This document shows, piece after piece, positions 25,528 to 36,757 of a stretch of 64,000 bases of DNA (position 1 is the first letter of the stretch; each line of letters begins with the position of its first letter). The position numbers and the translations under genes were made by a program. The notes under the pieces were generated by a model, which was given only the letters and a program-made list of their open reading frames with translations, was not told the DNA's origin and searched no databases. This stretch comes from Bispira polyomma. Its lineage: Eukaryota. The stretch spans positions 27,094,001 to 27,158,000 of the forward strand of contig OZ287751.1 of assembly GCA_965649765.1 (NCBI GenBank). Direction: 5' to 3'.

Positions 25528-27539
25528 CCTTTTCTTTTTGTTTTATTGTAAACTCTGAATCATGTATACGAGAAATAAATAAAAGGCAGAATCAAAATAA
25601 AAGGCAGAATAAAAATAACTTGACACTAATTTAAACATGGTTTCTCTTAATTTTGTTGTATTCGGAGTTGCCGAATTGAAGTAGCAAACCCATGTCAGTC
25701 TTAGGGAAAGCTTTAGAAACATAAAATGAAATACAAGTGGCCTAGCTACTTTAGTATTAATACGAGTTTCAAAATGTTTATGAAACAGAAGGTCACCTCT
25801 TGGCCGACTTGCATGTACTACTTTAACTAGACCACAGGGTGTTGTCTACTTGGACTTGAGATATTGAACCACGTGGTGGCTGTCTGGTCAAGTAGCAAGA
25901 ATAACAGAATATGCCACTGCCAGTCACATTATGACAAAGGGCAGTGTCACTCTTGTCACTATTTGATGAAGTTATGAAATACAGTTTAGACTCTCCAAGT
26001 ACATGTACCAAAATATACTGTTATGTAGATAAACACCAAGTGGCACTACATTATGTAAACTTAATGAAGTATGAGCGCCTTTCAATATGTTTTTAAAACA
26101 ATTACACCTCCCTGCTACAGATCATTAGGGATTATTTTCTTTGTTTAATGATAAATTGCTATTACAATGTTGATGCATATTTAAAGTTCCACGTCTGGGA
26201 TCGTACAAGTATTTTATTGAGTTGTTTCCCTTTAAAACGATTTATCATCAGGGGGTTCTTAATAAATGTTTTATGCAATTTGTAACAAAAATGGGAGAGA
26301 TCCTTTTATCAGAAGAATCATTTATCAAGATGATATATGGTAATGAATCACGTGCGTTGACTGTGACGTCACTTGCTAGGTGTGTTTTTTGTGATGCTAC
26401 TACATAGAAAGGTGTCACAATGAAATCATTTGATGTTCAGTTATCATTACATGTCAGTAGTATTTTTACAACTGGAAGTCAGCCAAGGTAAATACAACCC
26501 TCTATCACACAAATATGAATATTTATGGCGAGCTGCAGTGCCTTCATTAGCCCCATCTACAGGTTATAATGTATCAGTAGCTCTAAACTAAAACAATGCT
26601 CCATTTCCTTGGGGGAAACCATTGTTAAATGCTCTAGGAAATTAAATAATTATTTACTGCGTCCATGTCTGCAAGTGAAACCATTCCTTTTATTCTGTTT
26701 CATATGATGATATCATTCTAATGAGAAATTGTAATATTTTTTTCTATTTTAATTCAGTTACTATTTTTTCTTATTTCACTGGTCTGGTTTCCAAAAGGTA
26801 AATATTATCGGCAAACAAACAGTTTCTTTGTTTACATTTTAATTTTTGTAACAAAGATATGAAGTCTTATTTTAAACAAGAAATCAATGTGGTGACATAA
26901 CAGAGTCTATGTACCTACCTGGCTGCTAGTACATAAAGTTACCCAAAACACACATAACTCTATTGATTATACTGCAATGATCAAGAGGGTTGCTTTTACA
27001 CAATTACTGTGATAATTCTCAGTTGCCACCTTTGGTTTAAAGGAGATACCCAATCTACAGAATTCTTATTACCAGATCTTGTTGCCGTCTAATACACAGC
27101 TCTATTGGCTTTATTAGGTACTGCTTATTTACAAAAACATGCTTCTTTCCTAACAAATCTCTCTCTATACATGGAGTTTTCTGATACTAATAGCATATAT
27201 GGATATTAACTGCATAAATGAATGACATTATGTGATTGTTGGTTTTTGGAGTCATTCGGTTGACTACTTACAATTGCTGAAATATTTACTGTATTTAAAG
27301 AATACACACAAATCTACTCTGCCATCCTATTACGCCCACAAAGGAGGTTAATTGTCCACTGCTTTATTGGTAAGCATTATTACACAAAACTAATGAACCA
27401 ATTTGTATATGAAATTTGGTAGAGAGGATGGGCGTGAACTATGAAAGATTCAGGTAGAAAGTTAGATTTGCTTTCAGGTTTCTAGACTGTGGGGCCTCAT
27501 CAGATATATGTGCTCTAGATTGTCTGCTAGATTACTTAG

Positions 27540-28015
27540 GGTTTCGAAGGAATTCAAGGCACTAATTACCATTAAGTGCAGTCCAATCTGCCTCAGTAGG
27601 TAGCTTCAATTCTGTTTAAAGTCCATGTGACCGCTTTCAAAGCCGTTGTCTCTCAACAGCCCTCCTACCTTGCTACTTGTCTTTCCTTCAGTAAACCTCA
27701 AGAGAGGGAAGAGACTTTCTGTTGCCTCTGTTAAACCCACCAAGAAGGGTGGATCTAGAGCTTTCTTAATTGCTGCCCCCATGTTATGGAATAGTGTCCA
27801 AGTTGAGCTTAGATCACTAGAACCATTTTCTGGGGTTGGGAAAAAAACTGTCAACCTGTATTTTCAAACTTACTTACCCCCTTTATTTCCCTCCCTGTAT
27901 ACCCCTACATCTTTACACATCCTGTAGCTATATATTTCGATTTCTCAATGGCTTATTTGATTCTGGTGGTGCACTTTAGCAGATGCCTCGCATCAACAAG
28001 GCGTGTTAAAAATGA
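27540..28015 (+). mobile_element. L2-type LINE 3' fragment
   Basis: GSRAFLIAAPMLWNS motif; 3' hairpin GATGCCTCGCATC. Confidence 0.8.
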
Positions 28016-28769
28016 AATATATAATAGAATACAAATAACTGGCTTTTCCCTTGCTGAAAAACAGAGGGTTCAAGATGACTTACAAACATCTTCAAGGTTT
28101 TTAGGACACAGGGACAGAAGACTGCCATTTAAGTGGTCATCCGAGCCACTATATATCATCCTCTGTACCTGAGAGTTCCAAGGGGTATCGAACCAAGGTG
28201 CTCTGTATTCATAACAAAGTGTCTTACCTATTAGACGACAATTGTGTTCTAGTTTTATTTGTGCTCATTCTAGACTTGCCGGTGTAATTCTACTGTTGAA
28301 TTGAGGAGAAAAAATATATTTATAGGAATAAACGAAGGAGTAGTGAAGTAATTCATATCCTATGAGAAAACATTTGTTGTGATGCATTGACGATAAAGAC
28401 AACAATTTTTTGTAATTTTGTTTGTAAACATACTTTTGCTTAGTGCCTTGAAAAAGAAAAGTGGATGGTAAACTTATACAAATTCCTAAAAAAAATAGAC
28501 ATACAAAGAATGTGTGAAGTGTACAATGCAATGTAAAGACTCTTTTTTGTTTCTATACGTGAAACTAATCTAATCAAACTTTTATAGCGCATTAAGGTGG
28601 ATTCTAGGGCGAATATATCATGATCATATTCATGTCTTGTAATGTCCTTTTCCGGGAGATGGTGATATCTCAGGAGACGCCGGAATGAATCTGAAAAAAA
28701 AATGACCTAGGTAGGGCAAGCCTTGGTAAGTATGTCTTAAGTGTGCTCGACAAACAGGGAGTTGCAGTA

Positions 28770-29410
28770 GTGCAGCCTACTGCTGACAAAAGCATTAGTG
28801 GCCGTGCTATCAGTACTCCTGGATAGATGCCTTATTGTCCTTTAAAAATGCCTGATATTTGCAAAACATCTGCCTATAGTCTCAACATGTTCAGTAAAGG
28901 AAAATTCAGCATGAAATAGAACACCCACATTTTTGACAATTTTTAATGGAAAGAGTATATTTCGTAATATATTGACAGAAACAAATCTAGATATATTTAT
29001 TAATTATGCGGCTTAATTGGGTGGTGTACAGAGAGAACAGGGCCTAACACAGAACCCTAAGGGACACTGTATTCTAATTTAAATAGATTAGAAATAGATT
29101 TTCCAATCTTGACAGCCTGGTATCTGTTTGTAAGATAGGTCTGAAACCAATCAAGGACAACACCCCTAAAACCGTGAGGACAAACAATCCAGAAGAGTAC
29201 TATGATCGATGGTATCAAAAGTTGCCGATAGATCAAGCAGAACCCTTAAATAGTGACATATGAATCTAACAGAACAGTTTCTGAGTGGCCGCTTTTATAG
29301 GCTGACTGGTAGCAATTTCCAAGGCCATTAATGTCCAGATGTGACTTAATCGGTGTGGTTATAACTCTTTCAACTAATTTGGAGATGCAATTTAGTCTTA
29401 GAAGGACAGA
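28770..29410 (-). mobile_element. L2-type LINE RT fragment with internal deletions
   Basis: ISKLVERVI...YQSAYKSGHSET, VLLDLSATFDTIDH and SVP*GSVLGP remnants. Confidence 0.85.
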
Positions 29411-29745
29411 GCGGTTACCATTAGCAAAGGTTTGCCAATCTGACATGGGACATTTCTACGTTTTATACAACATACAGGAACTTATTTGAAATAATGACAT
29501 TTCTGTGAATAAGTATGTATAGGTTGGGTCATAAGTTGGTCATTATAATTATTTTTGTTTGTTATAAGTGCCAGATTTCCACAGGTATGGTAAATGTATC
29601 AAACCTCTGAAAACAACTGTGGCAAAAGCCAAAACATGGTATCTTTGGTTTCTCCAAAACGGATGTATCAGTCTATTATCGTTTTACCAACCCTTGCACT
29701 AACAAAACACAAAGTAACAAGTATGCAGTTTTGATTTGTTTAGTT

Positions 29746-29993
29746 CTGGGCCCGTATTCTCGAACGTATACTCAGCTTAAACTCATACTCAAATCAAATA
29801 CAGGCCATGTGAAAATCATTGTACATGGAAATAACCTATACTTGTGACCACTCATTTTAATAGAGCTTTTAACCTTGAATTCAAATATGAAGTCAGATTT
29901 TGGTTATCTTTGCTGTATCCAGAGTTATAGAGAATCCAGATTTGAGCTGAGTATGAGTTTAAGCTGAGTATATGTTCGAGAATACCAGCCCAG
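29746..29993. mobile_element. MITE of the GGGCCCGTATTC family
   Basis: CTGGGCCCGTATTCTCGAACGTATACTCAGCTTAAACTCATACTCA with its reverse complement at ~29948-29993. Confidence 0.85.
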
Positions 29994-31479
29994 ATTACAA
30001 CCCTGCTGTGTCATGATGTACTGAGCTCAACGATTAGACACACGAGTGTGTTTTTTCCATCTCCGTGGCTTCATTTGTTCTGTAAACATGGAAATGCGTT
30101 TCCCTGCCTTGTCTTATGCGTAAAAAGACCATATCTTCGCAACGAGTTCAACTGCCACCTATAACCACCATGCTATCTGGATGGCTACGATACATGTGAC
30201 TTAAAGAGACAAAAATTCCGGAGATGAGTTACAATCCATGGCTTATGCTGCAGCCTTGATTTCATAACAATAATGGTGGAAGGAACACCTCTGACAGTCA
30301 AGGTAATCAAATTTGGTTTGATTAAAATCATTAGTTGAGCATTCTACAATAGCTTTTTTTCTGCAACAATAGCTATTGTTTTCTGCATTGAAAAATAATT
30401 GGCTTTTAGAACCAAAAATATCATCACAAATTTGGAGCGCTGATATTTAAAAATGTGATCGAGTTGAATTATTTAAATGTGCTGTTTTGTCGGATCCAGT
30501 GCACAATCATTAATGTAGAACATATAGTATCGGATTCATAACGGTTTTCTCAGATCGGATCGTTGCAGTTGAATCCACTCCTTAACTGGCTACAACTGAA
30601 ATGTCTGAAGTTATTTCATTTCTTTGCTTATTTGTGTAGTTTTAGCTTTCATCTTTCATCAGAGATTTAGAATTCAGAGCTGTAAAGGGTTTCACTGAAT
30701 AACGTTAAAAATGGCCTTTTTTGTTAGCAGTGTTATGTCTTAGGGATGAATTAATGTCCAGGGAGACAATATTGGTTGTCTTTTTATATAAATTGTAATT
30801 ATCAATAGCACATGCAGTGGCAGGTCTAGGATTTTCCTAAAAGGGAGGGGTGGAGGGGTTATACATGTCATGCAATGAACAGAGAAGCTATAGATAGCTT
30901 TTTATTGACATACTACTTTCTGCTTATTCTTCTGTACTGTTTGTATGGATCCTTGTCATGTGTGGTAATGGGCAATGTAAAGAAATATAGATTGATCTGA
31001 ATCCCTCATCACCTAAGCTATCAGCTAAACATAATGTCTTTTTTACCAAAACGGTACCCTGATTATACACAAAGTGGTCAATTTTCTAATTAATTTTGCA
31101 TCATTATGAATTCCAGAATATTAAGGTTTGTCTAGTGTTTCGGAATCAATGTTCTCGCCTCTGTGCTATAAAACACATGGATGACCACGATGATCAGTCT
31201 GAACTGCTAAACCTAAGTGTTTGTTCTGCTATGTACTTTCAAGGTCACATAAATGGCAGGATTTACATTTTGATAGTAGCAAATCCATGTTATGGTTCCT
31301 ATTAAAACTGGATTACTTCCCGTAGGTCAGTGGTTTTTGCTGTACAGATAGTACGGTTTTTTTCTCCACCAAGAACACCTGGACATCACACTTTGACTAC
31401 AGGTGTGGAAAATGGTGGAAAAAATGTCTACATAAATAGCTGTTACTTAGCCTGGCCTTATTTTTGTCTTTCCACAGGT

Positions 31480-31775
31480 TTACGAGGGGGAAACAGAATA
31501 TCAGTCTCCAGTACCAGAATTAGTAAACGGATTGGATCCTATGCCTTCTCTGTTGCAGCACCAACAATTTTCCAGCCAATATAAGATCCCAGAAAATCTT
31601 CTCTGGTTTCAAAAGCAACCGTAGGACCAATATTTTCAACCTCGCTTAGCCTCCTCCATAGAGATCTCTCTCATTCATGTCACTTCCCCGATCACGAATT
31701 TGCATTGGAAACGGGTTATGATTTTAACTTTGTCAAAAATATTGCGCTTTAGAAGATGCCTGTCATCAATAAGGA
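31480..31775 (+). mobile_element. L2-type LINE 3' end
   Basis: RGGNRISVSSTRISKRIGSYAFSVAAPT, closely similar to the reverse of 15600-15840. Confidence 0.85.
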
Positions 31776-33485
31776 ATGTTTAATGTATCATTTCACATCA
31801 AATAAATTTATATTAAGAAAACTGACGCTGAAATGTATGAATGTATGACAGTACAGCTCGTTGTAAATGATAGAGAGGATTTTATTCACTAGTTAAAACT
31901 TGTGATATATATACAATATCACATTTTATTGCATTGAGTAAAATTAACAATAATTAACCCGCAGATAGTAACAATGTCATGTAATTCATTACTAGTCTTA
32001 GTGACTAAACAGAAAATGGGTTTTAACATTACCATTGAAAACTTGTTTTATATGTGTACAGTAGTTTGCAGAATTTAGGTTCTGATGTGCTGTTGTTGTT
32101 TATTATCTTCAAGTGTCAGTACAAATGAAGCTCACACATAAAAAAATATACTAGTACATATAAAAAACCAAGACGTTGTATATATCATTTCAATTTCATT
32201 AAAAATCAAACAAAAAATTTTTGTTATAATTTTGAAATCTAATTACATTATTTCATGCACACATTTTCTGCATTTTTTCCTTATTAACTGAAAACTATTT
32301 GGTGAGCCTTGGAATTGGATGGCCATCTTGTGAATGCACTTGATATATCCGACAGATGAGGTTTTAATCGGGTATTCGTTGCACAAAATAGGATTTAGGT
32401 AGCAGACCCAGCAACTGGTATCCATGGTCATGGGAGATGACTTTGGTAAATGCAAGCAGGGAATTTTAAATTTGCATGGATGTTTTATAACAACAGCAGT
32501 AGAAAGAACACTGTGTGCAACTTAGCTATGTATTGAACATTTCAAACAGGGCTAGAGTTATATTATTGGTCTCTGAACTTTTAACAAAAAAAGTTTACCT
32601 AAGTGTTATACTATGCACTACATTTAGGTAAAACAAATGAAATAGCCTAAAGCAATAAAAATATGAAGACAAAAATGTTACTTGGTACTTGAAAGGTATT
32701 TTGCAATAAAGTAAAACGTGCATACTTTGTGTGAGAAGTAATTTAGCCAAATTTTTACACAGCCTTAGTTTAAGTAACTGTATATCCAGTCAAAATGTGG
32801 TTTATGTGGATCAGTGTATTTTACCAATATCATATATTTATATAATTTCCAATACATTGTTCTGAGGATTGTATAAGCAATCATTTTTGTTTGCATTTTG
32901 TACACTTATTATGAAACTACACCATTTCTAACGTTTGGTTAGGGTTTTTTCACAATAGGAATCTAATTAAGTGTTGGTATTGACAAAACCTTGACTTCTG
33001 GAAAACACTATCTTTCCACAAACCAATCTTTACTCATGTATATGACCATTCTACCACCTTTTTTGTCACTACCCTGCCAATTAGGTATTGGTATTTTTAA
33101 GCACTAAACTGCAGACATCTTAAATTACAATAATTAGACATCATTAGATATCTGTATGAGAATCTACATAACCCGAACAGGGTGAGAGGGAACAACAAAT
33201 AGTTTAACATAGTCAAAGATCCATACAACGCGACTTGAATTTTTATATTGTTTAAATGAGAATTAGAAATTAATTTTTGTGTAATGTTTCTGCATAAAGT
33301 GTAAACTCACTAATAGTACGAAAAAAAATAATGAGACAATTAACAGGTAAATAATTGTTTACATGTGTCACATAGAGAAACTGTAAGATGTTATAGAGGA
33401 GACAAAGATATGTAACATATCCTGTACTTTATGTAAATTACACATCAGAAAATAGTAAATTATATAGACCAAGCATAGGCTCCAC

Positions 33486-35006
33486 TCATTGGTTATAACT
33501 ATCCACTGTGTTAACTGAAGCCTTCCCATCTATGACTTCATTGCCTTGGTCTGCTCGATGGACAGCTGATCTCTTCTCACCTGTTTGACCTTGACCTCCT
33601 TCTCTGCCCATCTGCGTGTAGGTATCCTTGTATTCTCGCCTGTCGTCCACATTGTCTGAGGCCTCCCATTTACCAATTACAAAGTCTTCGATACCATTGT
33701 GATATCTCTTATCTTGGGGGCTCGGGGCACTTTTCTTGACGCCTACAAGGAAATCGGTATATTTACTTCCAAGGCTCTGTTTTTTGCCGAAGCCAGGCAT
33801 GGGTGAAAATCTTGCTCGCTTGCCCAACACAAAGTCACGATATCCAGCTGTGTCCTTGTTACCCGCCAAGAACTGGTCATAATTTGGGTGCCCTCTTTTA
33901 CCCAAAACAAAGTCATCATAGCCACTCCTCTTCCCAAGGACAAAGTAATCGTAGTCCGTACTCTTTTTTTCCTGACAGAAAGTTATCATAGGCACCTTCT
34001 GGTGAAGCTTTTTTTCCTAGAACAAAATTATCATACCCTTTATCAAGGTCGCTTTTCTTTCCCAGAACAAACCCGTTATAACCTCCCTCTAGGGAATTCT
34101 TTTTACCTAAAACAAACTTATCAAAACCTTCCTCTGGGGTACCTTTTTTACCTAAAACAAACCCATTAAACCATCTTTCTGGGGCATCCTTTTTACCTAA
34201 TACAAATTTATCAAACCCTCCTTCTGGGATACTCTTTTTACCTAAGACAAACCCATTAAACCCTCCCTCTGGGGAACTTTTCTTTCCTAAAACAAAATTA
34301 TCATAACCACTTCTTTTCTTACCCAGTACAAAATTATCATACTCCCCTTCAGGAGACCTTTTCTTTCCCAGTACAAAATTATCAAACCCTTCCTGAGGGG
34401 AACTTTTTTTCCCCAACACAAATCCATCATAGCCTTCTTTGGGGGAACTTTTCTTTCCCAAGACAAAGTTATCAAAGTCCTGTGTACCTTTCGACTTTTT
34501 TCCCAGCACGAACTGACCGTGTAGCCATCATCAGTACCTTTAGGCACAGCTCTCCTAACACGCCGCTTTCCCAGTACAAAATCCTTGTAATTCTGCATAC
34601 GCTTCCCAAGAACGAAATGATCAAAGTCGTATGGTCTTTTACTTCCAGTCAGTAAGTCTGTGTATGCATCCCTCTTGACGTCCAGCATGTCTGTGTAACC
34701 GTTTCTCTTTGCCCCCATGACAAAATCCATGTACCCGAGTGGCTGCCTCTTCATCCCCACTATAAAGTCGCTGAGATCTGCTCGCTTCACAGTACCTTCT
34801 CCCACCAGGAAGTCGTAGTATTTGGGATTCTCCCTCTTAATTTTCCCAAGAAGAAATCCCATATAAGAACTTTCATCACGTGGCATCCCACGTTTTCCCA
34901 AAAGAAAGCTTTCGTATGATGGTCTCACATTCCGCTGGAACGATGGATGCAATCCCTCTTCTGCTAATGCCAACGAAATAATAACTGCACATAAAATGAT
35001 GGACAT
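33486..35006 (-). CDS. Multicopy prepro-neuropeptide (FVL-amide-type), ~505 aa if two indels are repaired; frame-disrupted as assembled
   Basis: ATG at 35006; signal peptide MSIILCAVIISLALA; 17 ...FVL-G-KK/KR units plus FLLG, FLVG, FIVG, FVMG, FLSG, FLAG and FVIG variants between dibasic sites; RVRR furin-type site; TGA at 33486-33488. Pieced from ORFs 34287-35027, 33916-34509 and 33486-33995. Confidence 0.93.
33970..34515 (-). repeat. Coding minisatellite, 45-bp unit (15 aa, KKSSPEGGFDNFVLG-like), ~12 copies
   Basis: Regular 15-codon repeats in ORF 33916-34509, one shortened to 12 codons. Confidence 0.9.
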
Positions 35007-35120
35007 CACTGTTTGTAAATAAATCACTTTTCAAATGGTTCACCAAAATGTTCGCTTTGTAGTAACTTTGCAAAGGTTTTTAACCAGTGCTAATAATGTT
35101 AGCGTGCACACATTCTTGTG

Positions 35121-35159
35121 AATATACGTCTAATTGTAGACCTTCAATTACGTCATTGG
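35121..35159 (-). promoter_or_regulatory. Candidate proximal promoter of the neuropeptide gene (CCAAT, CRE-like site, TATA-like box)
   Basis: Minus strand CCAATGACGTAA (35159-35148) and TATATT (35126-35121), ~115-150 bp upstream of the ATG. Confidence 0.35.
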
Positions 35160-36502
35160 TATGGCATCAAGATGCTTTTCAGTGATCTTTTAGTCTAATT
35201 GATCACATTTCCTGCAAAGAGAGAGGAAGGTGCAATTATGAGTAAGTGGTACAGAGATAATAGTAGGGTACAACCCAAGCTTATACACACAAACATATCC
35301 ATGTATATGCTAAAAAAACAAGAAATGTCTTTTTTATTAAAGACACAGGCGCACGGTATAAAATACACTAACGTTGATATGGACACTAAAAATTGAGCCA
35401 AATCTGACACCCCCTTTAGTTTGGATGAGTCAATTGCTTCTATGAGCAATCCATGAAGGCCTTGCATATTATTTCCAAGATGGCGACATCCTTTTAGGAA
35501 TGGAAACATCAGGCTTCGCTTGATAAAAATGGTAGTTGTTGAGTTTCACACAGTCTGATTATAATAAAAATAACTATCGCTAATAAACCCAAGCCTCCTA
35601 CAAGCCCAATACAACTTCCCATTGAAAGTAGGTTTTCATAATTTTTTAAAGAATTTTTGTTGTTCTCTGGTGGTCTTCAGTAGATGTAAGACCAGTTTGG
35701 TCAGAAGGAGGTTTTCTGGTGCTGCACCAACAAACCTGCTGGCCATTAAACTGCTCGGAAATATTCTGTAAGTGGTCCCATGTGCTTTTAAAAAAATTAA
35801 AAATAATGTACGATAGGTTATGCTAGTTGAAAGCTACCTGCATGTCTGAACTCACGATGTACTTCCAAGTGAAAGCAACTACTCAGACAAGGTGCCATAA
35901 ATTATCAGTGACCAGTCGGCAACAACTAACTTCCACCTCCACCCAATGGCTTCTTTGTTGACCAATTCGGCACTGCTCAGCAATAGATCAGCTATCAGGA
36001 AAAGATATGCTGTGATCGGTCGGCGACAGGTTGCAAAGTGGAAACAATCTTGTCAGTAAGAACAAAAAAACACACATCCATACCTGAAAAATTACTTCAT
36101 CAGCACCTGAACTTATTAACAGAGAACAACGTATGACCTCTAATGACCTGCATGACCTTGATCAATTTTTCCTTTTACAAGAATGGATTTTCATAATAAC
36201 CCTAAAGAAGGATGGTGACCAGCGAAAAAGAATGTCCAGGACAAAAGGAATAAATAGAATAACTTAAACTCAAGGGATAAGTTAAGATTGAGAACAAAAT
36301 AGACTAAGGAAGAACTGACATTCTAAAGAAGGAGTAAGATTACAACGAATCAGTGATATTCCGAGAAAGAAATTAGTCATTAAGGCAAAACGTATACATT
36401 TGGTCATGTATTCACCACAAACAAGACCAGTGATGAACATTTATACATGATTTTAAAATACCAAATTTAAATAACACATGGAAACTAGAATCATATGCTC
36501 CA

Positions 36503-36757
36503 TTTGAATTTGGATATATTTAACATCCACTCTAGTACCTTTTAGTAGGTTATATTGGGACGGGTAGTTGGAAACGCTGGAGGAAACACTGCATACAGTC
36601 GGTCAAGGTTCTGCAGAGAAACCAGCGGCCCACAGTAAGGAACTACCACCTTTCCCACATAGGCATCGACGGGATTCGAACTCACGCCGCCCAGAGGTGA
36701 GAGACCAGTGATTGTGAAGTGCAATGCTTGCTAACCACTAGGCCACCGCGGCCCCAC
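36503..36757 (-). mobile_element. Full-length tRNA-derived SINE, same family as 12425-12680
   Basis: Close reverse-complement match; perfect 13-bp TSD ATCATATGCTCCA (36490-36502, 36758-36770). Confidence 0.93.

Noticed and set aside
33970-34515. CRISPR-like regular repeat/spacer appearance
   Set aside because: Eukaryotic context; variation is codon-structured and encodes peptide paracopies.
33970-34520. Intron or programmed frameshifting to explain the precursor's frame breaks
   Set aside because: The intervening block is the best-formed coding part and I saw no convincing splice sites; simple slippage indels explain both breaks.
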